Source: an uncultured Bacteroidota bacterium
GTDB lineage: Bacteria > Bacteroidota > Bacteroidia > JABEUT01
DNA length: 64,000 nt
Assembly: GCA_903901055.1 (NCBI GenBank)
Contig: CAIUPO010000083.1
Location: forward strand, 30,705 to 94,704
Direction of reading: 5' to 3'
Part shown: piece after piece, positions 40,013 to 50,758 of the stretch
Layout: each line of letters begins with the position of its first letter
How positions within the stretch are numbered: the stretch's first letter is position 1
Notes under the pieces: model-generated
Told to the model about the DNA's origin: nothing
Seen by the model: only the letters and a program-made list of their open reading frames with translations
Databases searched by the model: none
Made by a program: the position numbers and the translations under genes

Positions 40013-43000
40013 ATGAAAAAAATTCTACTGTACTTATCATTCACCCTGCTTACTTTCACGCTGGTGGAAGGACAAACCAAATGCCTAACCTGTAAAGAGG
40101 GGATGCATGATGGAATTAATTTTTCTGCAGCAAAAAGTGTTCTCAATTCTTCACCTAAAACAGGTGATGGCAATAGTGCCCTTGGACAAAGCTACGTTCA
40201 GCAGAACTTATGCGGAATGAACTATGTTCAGGCATCTGTACAAACCACTACACGTTACACAGCAACTGTTGGTACGGGTTTCCCTACCACACTTAACATA
40301 GCAGGATTACCTGTAGGTTTCACCGTACAAAAAGCGTATGTTTATTATGGAGCTTCTTATACAGAAGGAACGGCTCCTGCCACCTCTGTTGATATAACCA
40401 ACCCTGCTGCTGCAAACAGCACTATAGCGTCTACTATTATAGGCACTGCCCCATCCGTATGTTGGGGAGAAACCGGTACGGCTTCTTACCGTTGTGATGT
40501 TACCGCTATGATATCGGGCAATGGAGCATATACTGTTGATCTTCCGGGCTTTGCCAATGAAGGTTATGAAGTAGATGGAGCTACTTTAATTATCATTTAT
40601 GTTGATCCTGCTGCTACTTATAGTGGGAATATTTCGCTTTGGGATGGTGATATTTCCAATTCTACCGGCGCACCTATTAATGTAACCGAAACAGGTATTA
40701 CGGCATGTACATCAAGTATTGCCGCTACCGGTTTTGGAATATACGGTGACATGCAAAGCAACGTGAATGGAGGAACAAATACGGAAACATTTAATGGTAC
40801 TTCACAGACTTTTAATAATAACTTCTGGAATTTTAATGCAATCAACTCGACTGCCAATTTAACTGCTTGCCAGGCTTCGATAACCTATAATTCTTACACA
40901 AACAATACAAGTGACTGTTTCTTTATTACTGCTCTTGGAATTTACTGGCAGTATAGCAGTTGTAATGCATGTTCTTCAATTACCTATACCCAATCTCAAG
41001 TTAACCCAACTTGCGGCAACAGTAACGGAAGTGCAACCATAACTGTTACCGGTGGTACCCCTCCTTATACTTACGTTTGGAACCCAAGCGGACAAACTAC
41101 TGCAACAGCAACGGGCTTAAGTGCAGGCACCTATACTGTTACCGTAAATGATGCAGGATGTAACGTTATAACTGCAACTTATACCCTTGTAAATACAGGA
41201 GGCCCAACTGTAACAAGCACTATTAATGCGAATGAAAAATGCAATGGAGGAACTTCAGGAAGTGCAACTATTACTGTAGCGGGCGGAACTTCGCCCTATA
41301 CCTACTCATGGAATCCGGGAGGTTATACAACTGCAACCGTAAGCACCTTAAGTGCAGGAACCTATACTGTTACAGTTACCGATAATAAAGGTTGCGTTGG
41401 AACTACAACCGTTACAATTACACAACCTGCAGCATTAAATGCAACAACCACATCCACCTCTGCTACCTGCGGAAATAGTAACGGAACAGCTACTGTTACA
41501 GTTACCGGTGGTACATCACCTTACACTTATTTATGGACACCTTCATCAGAAACCACTGCTACAGCTACGGGGCTTAGTGCAGGAGTTTATTTTATAACTA
41601 TTACAGATGCCAACGGATGTAATATAAATGCTACAGCCACGGTTGCAAACTCATCGGGTGTTACAACATCCATATCGAATAAAACAAATGTGTTATGTAA
41701 TGGAGGAAACACGGGAAGTGCAACAGTTTCAGCAAGCGGAGGAACTCTTCCATATACTTATTTATGGAGCCCTAGCGGACAAACGACAGCTACAGCCACA
41801 GGGCTTAGTGCCGGAAACTATACAGTTACAGTTACTGATAATAATGGTTGCTCCACCCCTGCCCTTGTTACCATTACCCAACCAACTCTTGTAAGAGATT
41901 CAATAAGCTCAATAATCTACCCAAAATGTAATGGTGGTTTGGGAAGTGCCACTATTGGTATTAAAGGTGGTACACCTGCTTATACTTACTCATGGAGCCC
42001 GGGCGGTCAAACTACCGCAACGGTTTCAACCTTATCAGCAGGAACATATACTATTACTATAACTGATAATAATGGTTGCTTAAGCACCGTTTCTGTTACA
42101 ATTACTCAGCCTGTGCCAATAGTTGTTACCACAACTAATACTAAAACAACCTGTTCAAGCAACAACGGAACAGCAACAGCAAGTGCAACCGGAGGTACTC
42201 TTCCATATACTTATTTATGGACACCCGGAGGACAAACCACTGCAACTGCTACAGGATTAAGTGTGGGTACTTATACTATTACAGTGACCGATGCCAATGG
42301 CTGTTCGGGAACATCAACAGCAATAATAACTGCAATAAACCCACCGGTTGTAAAAGACAGTCTACAAACCAATGAAAAATGCAACGGAGGTAGCTCAGGA
42401 AGCGCCACAGTTGCGGTAAGCGGCGGAACATTACCTTACACATATCTATGGAATCCCGGAGGACAAACTACAGCAAGTGTTTCCGGCCTTTCAGCAGGAA
42501 CTTATACGGTTACTGTTCACGATGCCAACGGATGTATTACAACAACCACTGTTACCATAACACAACCGGCACCTGTTACTGGTACAGCAACAAGCACGGG
42601 AGTATTATGTAATGGTGGAAGCACCGGTACTGCCACAGTAACAGCGAGTGGAGGAACAGCACCTTATACTTATGTTTGGAATCCAGGCGGGCAAACAACT
42701 GCTACCGTATCAGGATTAAGTGCAGGAACATATACGGTAACAATTACCGACAACAATGGTTGTACAGGCACTGCCAGTGTTACAGTTACCCAGCCAGCAC
42801 CTGTTACGGCAAATGTCTCAAATGTTACTGACCCGAAATGTAATGGAGGTCAAGGAAGTGCAACCGTAAGTGCATCAGGAGGCACGGCACCATTCACTTA
42901 TCTATGGAATCCGGGTGGATATACGACTGCAACTGTTTCTACACTTTCAGCCGGAACTTATACAATCACAGTAACCGACAATAATGGATGTATTCAAACT

Positions 43001-45598
43001 ACAACAGTAACCATAACCCAGCCTTCGGCCATAACTACGGTTATGTCTCAAAAATCAACAACTTGCGGAAATGATACAGGTAGAGCAAGCGTAGTTGCAA
43101 GCGGAGGAACAAGTCCTTACACCTATTTATGGGTTCCGGGCGGACAAACAACGGCAACAATTACCGGCTTAAGTGCAGGTATTTATACTGTTATTGTAGC
43201 CGATAATAATGGGTGCACTGCCACCAATACAATTACGGTTACAACTATAAGCAGCATTAATCTTGCTGTAACTTCAACCTCTAATGTGAAGTGTAACGGA
43301 GATGCAAACGGAAGTGCAACAATAACACCTTCCGGTGGAACTGCTCCTTATACATACCAATGGAATCCGGGCGGGCAAACTACTGCAACGGTAACCGGGC
43401 TTTCTGCCGGAACATACACTGTTTTAGTGACAGATAAGAATGGTTGTAACAACACGGTTGCAGTTGTAATAACCCAACCACAGCAATTGATGGCTCCTAT
43501 TTCAACATTGAAAGATATTTCATGCAATGGACTAACAAATGGAAGTGCGACAGTTACCCCAAGCGGAGGTACGAAACCATACACTTACTTATGGACTCCT
43601 CCGGGAAATACTACTGCATCTATAAGCGGGCTTAGTGCAGGTACTTATACCATTACAGTAACCGATTCAAATGGTTGCTCACTATCATCTGCGGTTATTA
43701 TTTCGCAGCCACCCGCAATAACAACAACCCTAACTTCAACTGCAGCAGCATGTAGCAGCAATAATGGAACAGCTACAGTTACTGTGAGTGGTGGAACAGC
43801 GCCATACACTTATTACTGGAGTCCTTCTGCTGAAACAACAGCAACTGCAACAGGCCTGAGTTCAGGTGTTTATACGGTTACTGTAACCGACTACAACGGA
43901 TGTAACCAGGTAGATACCATTACGGTTCATAATACCTCAACTTTAAGTATAACAATGTCCGGAACGGATATATTATGTAATGGAGGCAACACAGGTACTT
44001 CAACTGTAACGGCTAGCGGAGGAACCTCACCTTATACTTATTTGTGGAATCCGGGTGGTGGAACAACTGCTACAATTACGGGATTAAGCGCAGGTACGTA
44101 TACTGCCGTGGTTACAGATAATGCGGGTTGTAACCAATTTTCAACTATAACAATTACACAACCAAATGCGCTATCGCTTACAACTAGCACCACCAGTTCA
44201 GGATGCTCTAATAATACAGGCTCTGCTACTGTGACTGTAAGTGGTGGCACAGGAGTTTATACTTATTCATGGAATCCGGGTGGTGGAACAACATCAACCA
44301 TTAGTGGCCTTGGAAGTGGTTCATACACAATAACCGTTACCGATGCTAACGGTTGTACATCCACAGCGGTTGCCAACGTAGGTGGAAGTGGTGTTACAGG
44401 GTCCATAACAGCATTCACCAATATTCAATGTTTTGGTTCTAACAGTGGAACTGCAACAGTAACTGCTTCCGGCGGAACAACACCATATACTTACACATGG
44501 GCACCGGGCGGACAAACAAGTGCAACAGCAACAGGACTTTCAGCAGGTACTTATACTGTTTTGGTGCAAGATTCCAACGGATGTTCCTTTACATCTACTG
44601 TAACTATTTCAGAACCTGCTTCGGCACTAGCTGAAACGAATGCTGTTACAAATGCATCATGTAACAGTACAAACAATGGCTCTATCGCATTAACTGTTTC
44701 AGGTGGAACTCCTCAATATACTTTCAACTGGTCGAATGGCAGCACAACACAGAATCTGACAAATATTTTACCGGGTTCTTATACGGTTACTATTAAAGAT
44801 TCGAATGGTTGTACATTAATCGATTCCATGAAAGTTGGATATGATTCATCCGTATTTGCCAATGCAGGAAAAGATACCGTTATCTGTCATAATTCAACCG
44901 TGATTTTAAATGGAACAGGTAGTGTTAATGCAACTTCTTACCAATGGTTCCAAATGCCGGGAATGGTTCTTATTAAAGACACGTCGGTAGTTATTGTTAA
45001 CCCAAGTAATGACACAACCACATACATTTTAGTAGTTGAAAATGGTACTTGTTTTGATACCAGTAGTATTACCGTGATAATGGCACCTGCCATATCCGCC
45101 GATGCCGGACCTGATCAGATAATAGTCGGTTCGGGAACAGTTACCCTTGGTGGTTCCCCAACAGGACCGGGTGGTTCTAACTTCTTCTGGAACCCTGGTG
45201 TTACCCTTAATGACAGCTTGATTTCAAATCCGGCTGCCACACCTACTGTTACAACAATATATACAGTAGTTGTGAAAAATTCCGCCGGATGTACGGCAAC
45301 GGATACCGTAACTATCTTTGTTGAAGCGGGCGTTGTTGTTCCTAATGGATTCTCTCCTAATGCCGATGGAACGAATGACACTTGGGTATTGCCGTTTGCA
45401 GGCGAATTTCCGAACATTGTTGTAGAAGTTTATAACCGCTGGGGTGAATTATTATTCACATCAACAGGAAATTATACACCATGGAACGGCGAATACAATG
45501 GCAAACCATTGCCTGTTGGGACTTACTACTACATAGTAAAACTGAATGACCCGAGATTCCCGAATGCATTGACCGGACCTTTAACCATAATGAGATAA
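40013..45598 (+). CDS. Giant SprB-repeat adhesin-like protein (1861 aa) with a T9SS type-B C-terminal domain (gliding-motility-associated CTD)
   Basis: Signal peptide. About 18 tandem ~75-aa repeats (C.NG..GSATVTVSGGT.PYTY.WNPGGQTTAT..GLSAGTYTVTVTD.NGC). C-terminal NGFSPNADGTNDTWVLPF...YNRWGELLF...GTYYYIVKLND. Confidence 0.9.
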   Translation: MKKILLYLSFTLLTFTLVEGQTKCLTCKEGMHDGINFSAAKSVLNSSPKTGDGNSALGQSYVQQNLCGMNYVQASVQTTTRYTATVGTGFPTTLNIAGLPVGFTVQKAYVYYGASYTEGTAPATSVDITNPAAANSTIASTIIGTAPSVCWGETGTASYRCDVTAMISGNGAYTVDLPGFANEGYEVDGATLIIIYVDPAATYSGNISLWDGDISNSTGAPINVTETGITACTSSIAATGFGIYGDMQSNVNGGTNTETFNGTSQTFNNNFWNFNAINSTANLTACQASITYNSYTNNTSDCFFITALGIYWQYSSCNACSSITYTQSQVNPTCGNSNGSATITVTGGTPPYTYVWNPSGQTTATATGLSAGTYTVTVNDAGCNVITATYTLVNTGGPTVTSTINANEKCNGGTSGSATITVAGGTSPYTYSWNPGGYTTATVSTLSAGTYTVTVTDNKGCVGTTTVTITQPAALNATTTSTSATCGNSNGTATVTVTGGTSPYTYLWTPSSETTATATGLSAGVYFITITDANGCNINATATVANSSGVTTSISNKTNVLCNGGNTGSATVSASGGTLPYTYLWSPSGQTTATATGLSAGNYTVTVTDNNGCSTPALVTITQPTLVRDSISSIIYPKCNGGLGSATIGIKGGTPAYTYSWSPGGQTTATVSTLSAGTYTITITDNNGCLSTVSVTITQPVPIVVTTTNTKTTCSSNNGTATASATGGTLPYTYLWTPGGQTTATATGLSVGTYTITVTDANGCSGTSTAIITAINPPVVKDSLQTNEKCNGGSSGSATVAVSGGTLPYTYLWNPGGQTTASVSGLSAGTYTVTVHDANGCITTTTVTITQPAPVTGTATSTGVLCNGGSTGTATVTASGGTAPYTYVWNPGGQTTATVSGLSAGTYTVTITDNNGCTGTASVTVTQPAPVTANVSNVTDPKCNGGQGSATVSASGGTAPFTYLWNPGGYTTATVSTLSAGTYTITVTDNNGCIQTTTVTITQPSAITTVMSQKSTTCGNDTGRASVVASGGTSPYTYLWVPGGQTTATITGLSAGIYTVIVADNNGCTATNTITVTTISSINLAVTSTSNVKCNGDANGSATITPSGGTAPYTYQWNPGGQTTATVTGLSAGTYTVLVTDKNGCNNTVAVVITQPQQLMAPISTLKDISCNGLTNGSATVTPSGGTKPYTYLWTPPGNTTASISGLSAGTYTITVTDSNGCSLSSAVIISQPPAITTTLTSTAAACSSNNGTATVTVSGGTAPYTYYWSPSAETTATATGLSSGVYTVTVTDYNGCNQVDTITVHNTSTLSITMSGTDILCNGGNTGTSTVTASGGTSPYTYLWNPGGGTTATITGLSAGTYTAVVTDNAGCNQFSTITITQPNALSLTTSTTSSGCSNNTGSATVTVSGGTGVYTYSWNPGGGTTSTISGLGSGSYTITVTDANGCTSTAVANVGGSGVTGSITAFTNIQCFGSNSGTATVTASGGTTPYTYTWAPGGQTSATATGLSAGTYTVLVQDSNGCSFTSTVTISEPASALAETNAVTNASCNSTNNGSIALTVSGGTPQYTFNWSNGSTTQNLTNILPGSYTVTIKDSNGCTLIDSMKVGYDSSVFANAGKDTVICHNSTVILNGTGSVNATSYQWFQMPGMVLIKDTSVVIVNPSNDTTTYILVVENGTCFDTSSITVIMAPAISADAGPDQIIVGSGTVTLGGSPTGPGGSNFFWNPGVTLNDSLISNPAATPTVTTIYTVVVKNSAGCTATDTVTIFVEAGVVVPNGFSPNADGTNDTWVLPFAGEFPNIVVEVYNRWGELLFTSTGNYTPWNGEYNGKPLPVGTYYYIVKLNDPRFPNALTGPLTIMR
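40980..44800 (+). repeat. Tandem ~225-bp coding repeats (SprB-repeat units) inside the giant adhesin gene
   Basis: Periodic recurrence of ggtggtac..ccttatacttat..tggaatccgggcggacaaac..gcaggaacttatac. Confidence 0.8.
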
Positions 45599-45609
45599 AC
45601 TGATTAACC

Positions 45610-46524
45610 ATGAAAAAAATTAAATTACTCTCGCTAGCGCTGTTAGCAACCTGTTGCGGCCTGAAAGCACAGCAGTTGCCTTTATATAGCCAGTATATGC
45701 TGAATGATTTTTCCATGAATCCGGCAGTGGCAGGAACACAGCCTTATTTTGATATCAAGTCAGACAATCGCTTTCAATGGATGGGTATCACTGACGCTCC
45801 GCGTACCTATATACTTACGCTGGATGGCCCGATTACCAAGCAACATATCGGTATAGGCACCTATGTTTTCACAGATATTACAGGACCTACAAGGCGTACC
45901 GGTTTTACAACAGCCTACTCCTACCACATGAAGTTGACTAAAGACCTGAATTTATCTTTAGGGCTTGCCGCAGGTATACTTCAATTTGCAGTAGACGGGC
46001 AGGCTATTACCCTTGTTCAGCAAAATGATCAGGCTTTGGTTAATCAGTTTGAATCTGCCATAGTTCCGGATTTTGCTGCGGGAGTTTATTTGTATAGTTC
46101 CAAATTTTACGTTGGAATTGCAGCGCCGCAAATCATTCCATTCAAAGCTAAACTAAACTCGTTTGCTGATGCAAATGATGAAATGGTAACCCACTTTTAT
46201 GCAACAGCAGGATATAATTTTGACCTTGGCACTAATTTCAGTTTAGAGCCTTGTGTGGTAGCAAAATATGTAAACCCTGCCCCACCGCAATTTGATTTAG
46301 GTGCAAGGGTTTTGTACTCACACAAAGTTTGGATTGGCGCAGGTTACCGTACCCTTGATGCGGCTTATGCAATGATAGGATATACTTATCAGCAAAACCT
46401 TACAATAGGATTCTCTTATGATTATCCGTTAACTGATATTAATAAGTATAGCACCGGTACAACGGAGCTGTTTATTGGGATCAAATTCAATAAACAAAAG
46501 ACAGCGGACCATCCAATGATGTAA
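45610..46524 (+). CDS. PorP/SprF-family T9SS membrane protein, partner of the upstream type-B CTD adhesin
   Basis: LPLYSQYMLNDFSMNPAVAG motif. 304 aa. 11 nt downstream of the adhesin stop. Confidence 0.85.
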   Translation: MKKIKLLSLALLATCCGLKAQQLPLYSQYMLNDFSMNPAVAGTQPYFDIKSDNRFQWMGITDAPRTYILTLDGPITKQHIGIGTYVFTDITGPTRRTGFTTAYSYHMKLTKDLNLSLGLAAGILQFAVDGQAITLVQQNDQALVNQFESAIVPDFAAGVYLYSSKFYVGIAAPQIIPFKAKLNSFADANDEMVTHFYATAGYNFDLGTNFSLEPCVVAKYVNPAPPQFDLGARVLYSHKVWIGAGYRTLDAAYAMIGYTYQQNLTIGFSYDYPLTDINKYSTGTTELFIGIKFNKQKTADHPMM

Positions 46525-46620
46525 ATTTCAGTTGTAAGTCTTAAGTATTGTGGGCGTTAACATTATTTAACCCCTAATATTGATTTTTTTTCTACCTTTG
46601 CAAGTCTTTTAAGAAAAGTA

Positions 46621-47442
46621 ATGCCGGGATTTATTAATACAATGCGTTTCACAGTAGTAGTCTGTGGGGTTATGCTTTTAGCATCCTGCGGAGGCGACTA
46701 CAAAAAAATACAGAAAAGCACCAATAGTGAGGTTAGGTACAACGCTGCCATTGCTTACTATAAAGCAGGAAACTACCTGAAAGCTTTACCATTATTCGAG
46801 AGTCTGATTACTGTATACAGAGGTACCGATAAGGAACAGGATATTTACTATTACTACGCATATACCAATTTCCGTTTAAATGATTTTGTGATGGCTGGAT
46901 TTTATTTTGCCAATTACTACCATACTTTCCCGCACACAGAAAGGGCTGAAGAGTGTGACTTTATGCATGCTTACTGCGAATATATGGAATCACCTGCCTA
47001 TAACCTGGATCAGACTGATTGCAAAAAAGCCATTGACGCATTCCAGGCATTTATTGATAATTTCCCCAGCAGCACCCGTGTGAAGGAGGCCAACCATTAT
47101 ATGGACATGATGCGTTCAAAGCTTGAGAAAAAATATTTTGAAATTTCGAAGTTGTATTATACCACCCAATATTATCATGCTGCCAGTATTTCACTTACCA
47201 ATTATGTTAAGTCATATCCAAACAGCCGCTATGATGAAGAGGCCGGTTACCTGATAATTGAAGCAGATTATAAATATGCAATCAACAGTGTTGACAACCG
47301 GAAAAGCGACCGCTTTCAGGCTGTAATTGATGCTTACCTTAAATTTGTAGATTCTTACCCTAAAAGCGATTTTCTGAAAGATGCTCAGAACCTATATGAT
47401 ACTTCTGTAAAATTAAAGGGCCAGTTAAAAACTAAAAATTAA
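46621..47442 (+). CDS. bamD: Outer membrane protein assembly factor BamD (TPR lipoprotein)
   Basis: Lipobox LLASCGG. TPR-like YNAAIAYYKAGNYLKALPLFESL. Conserved bamD-rpoZ-coaBC order. Confidence 0.75.
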   Translation: MPGFINTMRFTVVVCGVMLLASCGGDYKKIQKSTNSEVRYNAAIAYYKAGNYLKALPLFESLITVYRGTDKEQDIYYYYAYTNFRLNDFVMAGFYFANYYHTFPHTERAEECDFMHAYCEYMESPAYNLDQTDCKKAIDAFQAFIDNFPSSTRVKEANHYMDMMRSKLEKKYFEISKLYYTTQYYHAASISLTNYVKSYPNSRYDEEAGYLIIEADYKYAINSVDNRKSDRFQAVIDAYLKFVDSYPKSDFLKDAQNLYDTSVKLKGQLKTKN

Positions 47443-47456
47443 ACAAATCAACAACC

Positions 47457-47783
47457 ATGGACTATAAAAAGAGCAGTGCGCCTCAATCTACCGTTACCAG
47501 AGATGTAAGGAAACTTGAATCTCAAACAGGAAATGTGTATGAAACCATTTGTATTATTTCACGTCGTGCTAACCAAATCAGCTCGGAAATGAAAGAAGAA
47601 CTGGATAGCAAACTGGAAGAATTTGCAACCAAAACCGATACCCTTGAAGAGGTTTATGAAAACGTAGAACAAATTGAGATTTCAAGAATGTATGAGCGTT
47701 TCCCGAAGCCATCATCCATTGCTGTACAAGAATACATAGACGGTAAGATCTATTACCGCATGGCCGACGATAAGAAAGAATAA
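47457..47783 (+). CDS. rpoZ: DNA-directed RNA polymerase subunit omega
   Basis: NVYETICIISRRANQI core. 108 aa. Synteny with bamD and coaBC. Confidence 0.6.
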   Translation: MDYKKSSAPQSTVTRDVRKLESQTGNVYETICIISRRANQISSEMKEELDSKLEEFATKTDTLEEVYENVEQIEISRMYERFPKPSSIAVQEYIDGKIYYRMADDKKE

Positions 47784-47794
47784 TTTTCTCAGAT

Positions 47795-47875
47795 ATGAGA
47801 TATAAGCTATAAGATATAAGCTAAAAGCAGGATTTGCGAATATCTTATAGCTCATATCTTATAGCTTATATCTAT
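47795..47875. repeat. Inverted repeat of GATATAAGCTATAAGATAT-type units forming a stem of about 25 bp, downstream of rpoZ
   Basis: gatatgagatataagctataagatataagct ... agcttatagctcatatcttatagcttatatc. Confidence 0.6.
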
Positions 47876-47880
47876 TTACC

Positions 47881-49080
47881 GTGTTACAAGGTAAAAAAAT
47901 TGTATTAGGAGTTTCCGGCAGCATAGCCGCTTACAAAGCTGTTTTTTTATTACGCCTTTTAACTAAAGCAGGGGCTGAAGTAAAAGTTATTATGACTCCT
48001 TCGGCAAAAGATTTTGTAGCACCCCTCACCTTCTCTGCCCTTTCAAACAATCCCGTTTTAATTGATTTCAGTACACCCGATGGTTCATGGAATAACCATG
48101 TTGAGTTTGCAAACTGGGCTGATTTAATAATCCTTGCACCTGCTTCTGCTAATTCCATCGGAAAGCTTGCCCTGGGCTTATGCGATAATCTTTTACTTGC
48201 CACTTTATTCTCTGCATCATGCCCAATCTACATAGCCCCGGCAATGGACAGGGAGATGTATTCAAGCGAATCGATTAAAAAAAATATTGCCCTTTTGACC
48301 AAACAAAACAGGTTTATTATTCCTTCGGAAGAAGGTGAACTAGCTAGCGGTTTGCATGGGGAAGGACGTATGGCTGAACCGGAAAATATTATCCGATTCC
48401 TTAATGAAACCATTGCAAAAGGGTTGCCTTTATACGGTAAAAAAGCATTGGTTACTGCAGGGCCAACGTACGAGGCCATAGACCCGGTACGCTTTATCGG
48501 GAACCATTCTTCAGGCAAAATGGGGTTTGCCATTGCCGAAGAACTTGCCAAACAAGGAGCATCTGTAACACTGGTTCATGGCCCGGTGAAAATTAGTACT
48601 GCAAATACCTCTATTAAAACGATTGCTGTAACTTCTGCCCGGGAAATGTATGATGCATCTGTAACGGCTTTTAATGGCAGTGATATAACTGTAATGTCTG
48701 CCGCGGTGGCAGATTATAAACCGGCAACTACAGCAAAAGAAAAAATAAAAAAAAGCGGTGACTCTATCCAACTGGAACTTGTCCAAAACCCGGATATAAT
48801 TGCCGAACTTGGAAAAAAGAAAAAGGCAAATCAGTTGTTAATTGGCTTTGCACTGGAGACAAACGATGAAGTTAAAAATGCATCGGTTAAACTGAAAAAG
48901 AAAAATCTGGATGCTATCATATTAAACTCCATGCGCACAAAAGGAGCGGGACCGGGCGGAGATACCAATAAAATTACTATTATTGACAAACGAAATAAAA
49001 CTACTAATTTTGAGTTAAAGCCTAAGATTGAAGTAGCAGCCGATATTGTAACGTATATTATAGCATGTTTAAAAAAATAG
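47881..49080 (+). CDS. coaBC: Bifunctional phosphopantothenoylcysteine decarboxylase / phosphopantothenate-cysteine ligase
   Basis: KKIVLGVSGSIAAYKAVFLLRLLTKAGAEVKVIMTPSA flavoprotein domain plus the CoaB domain. Confidence 0.95.
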   Translation: MLQGKKIVLGVSGSIAAYKAVFLLRLLTKAGAEVKVIMTPSAKDFVAPLTFSALSNNPVLIDFSTPDGSWNNHVEFANWADLIILAPASANSIGKLALGLCDNLLLATLFSASCPIYIAPAMDREMYSSESIKKNIALLTKQNRFIIPSEEGELASGLHGEGRMAEPENIIRFLNETIAKGLPLYGKKALVTAGPTYEAIDPVRFIGNHSSGKMGFAIAEELAKQGASVTLVHGPVKISTANTSIKTIAVTSAREMYDASVTAFNGSDITVMSAAVADYKPATTAKEKIKKSGDSIQLELVQNPDIIAELGKKKKANQLLIGFALETNDEVKNASVKLKKKNLDAIILNSMRTKGAGPGGDTNKITIIDKRNKTTNFELKPKIEVAADIVTYIIACLKK

Positions 49081-49982
49081 TTTTTGTCCTTTTACTTGCC
49101 CTGAGTTCATTGCTGGCAAAGGTTTCCAATGCACAGGAATTAAACTGTACGGTAGATGTGGTATCGCCTCAGATACAGGATGCAGCGGCACAGACCTTGT
49201 TCAGGAATCTGAAAGATGCTATCTATCAGTTCATGAACAACAACAAATGGACCAACGACAATATCATGCCCACGGAAAGGATTGACTGCAGCATTTTTAT
49301 AAACATTACGGCCATGAACTCCCCCAGCGATTTTAGTGCAACTATGCAGATACAGTCGCGGAGGCCTGTTTACAAATCGTCGTTTAACAGTGTTCAGATG
49401 AACATGCAGGACAATAACGTGCATATCGTATATCAGTTGAATCAACCAATGCTTTTCAACAGTAATACTTATTCTGACAACCTTACTTCGATGCTCGCAT
49501 TTTACGCCTACATGATTATTGGAACGGATTACGATACCTACTCGATGAATGGAGGAACTCCTTATTATCTGAAAGCCCAGACTGTTGTTGTTAATGCACA
49601 GAATGCCGGTGAAAAAGGCTGGAATCCGCAGGATGGCGACCAAACCCGCTACTGGCTTGTAAACAATTTACTCGATGAAAGCTATTATGCACCTTTGCGC
49701 AAAGCAGCTTACACTTATCACAGGCAAGGGCTAGATGTAATGTATCAGGATCCTGCAAAAGCACGTCAGCAGGTTATGGATGCATTGCAACAAGTTCAGC
49801 AAGTATATAATGTTCGCCCGGCCAACTATAACGTACAGTTATTCTTTAATGCGAAGTCTACAGAGATTGCCAATATCTTTTCAGAAGCACCAAATGAAGA
49901 AAAAAGCAGGGTCTACACAATCGTTTCTACCATTGACCCTACCGAGCTTGAGAAGTATGCCAAGCTGAATACGGGGGAGTAA
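49065..49982 (+). CDS. Secreted hypothetical protein, DUF4835-like (commonly downstream of coaBC in Bacteroidota)
   Basis: Signal peptide. Family assignment from memory only. 16-nt overlap with coaBC. Confidence 0.5.
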   Translation: MFKKIVFVLLLALSSLLAKVSNAQELNCTVDVVSPQIQDAAAQTLFRNLKDAIYQFMNNNKWTNDNIMPTERIDCSIFINITAMNSPSDFSATMQIQSRRPVYKSSFNSVQMNMQDNNVHIVYQLNQPMLFNSNTYSDNLTSMLAFYAYMIIGTDYDTYSMNGGTPYYLKAQTVVVNAQNAGEKGWNPQDGDQTRYWLVNNLLDESYYAPLRKAAYTYHRQGLDVMYQDPAKARQQVMDALQQVQQVYNVRPANYNVQLFFNAKSTEIANIFSEAPNEEKSRVYTIVSTIDPTELEKYAKLNTGE

Positions 49983-50082
49983 AGTTCAATTAGGAATTAA
50001 TTATTAGAAATTAGTAATCTGAGACTGTCAGATTATATAAAACCCTGTATATTATTTTAATATTATTATTTATATTTGCTAG

Positions 50083-50748
50083 ATGAAAAAAAACCTTTTA
50101 ATAGCAAGCAGTATAGCATTATGTTTAGCAGGACTCTTTATTTTGATTCTAACCTCTTCAAATACAAATTGGGTAAAAAAGCTGCAATCAGGCCCTGAAG
50201 AACCAATCAAAGTAATCATTCCGGTAGGTGTACCAGATACTTTACGGGAAATTACCACAACTATATCCGTTGATAGTGCAGGAAAGGTTTCCTTAAACGT
50301 AAATGACACTACAATTCAAAGTAAAGTAATTGTGGCTATGATGGAACTATTTAAATTGGATGAGGAATTAATATCTCAGGCAAGGAAGCGATTAGGAAGC
50401 ATACATAACATCTGCGTTCCGGTGAAGTTCCTGCTGGAGTATATTGACTCGGATTCGGCTAAGAGAGAGGATATGACTAGTAAATCTCCCGGAATACCTA
50501 TTGATAGTAATAAGGTTAATGAATTAGCTTATTGGGTAAATTATTCTTATAAGTATGCTAAGGCAGAGTATGAAACTAAACTCGCAAAAAAGGAAAATGT
50601 AAAACCTCCACGCTTTACAATTAAGGCTGACAGAAATGCTAAATATGAAATTGTAAAACAAGTTATTACTGCCTACCAAAAACAAGGTCTACAACATTTT
50701 AATTTGATAACACAAGGGAAACCTCAAGCTAAAGCAGAGGGTAAATAA
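50083..50748 (+). CDS. ExbD/TolR-family protein (long variant), orphan with no adjacent exbB or tonB
   Basis: N-terminal TM. ISVDSAGKVSLNVNDTTIQ and the C-terminal RFTIKADRNAKYEIVKQVITAYQKQGLQHFNLIT ExbD-like motifs. Confidence 0.55.
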   Translation: MKKNLLIASSIALCLAGLFILILTSSNTNWVKKLQSGPEEPIKVIIPVGVPDTLREITTTISVDSAGKVSLNVNDTTIQSKVIVAMMELFKLDEELISQARKRLGSIHNICVPVKFLLEYIDSDSAKREDMTSKSPGIPIDSNKVNELAYWVNYSYKYAKAEYETKLAKKENVKPPRFTIKADRNAKYEIVKQVITAYQKQGLQHFNLITQGKPQAKAEGK

Positions 50749-50758
50749 TTACTAGCAA

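Noticed and set aside
39889-40173. 94-aa minus-strand ORF overlapping the adhesin start
   Set aside because: It overlaps a strongly supported signal-peptide-bearing gene on the other strand and has no recognisable features.
40618-45417. Multiple 64-100-aa minus-strand ORFs within the giant adhesin gene, and similar plus-strand ORFs inside 60953..63724
   Set aside because: These are antisense frames through Gly/Thr-codon-rich tandem repeats and stay open by composition. I see no independent support.
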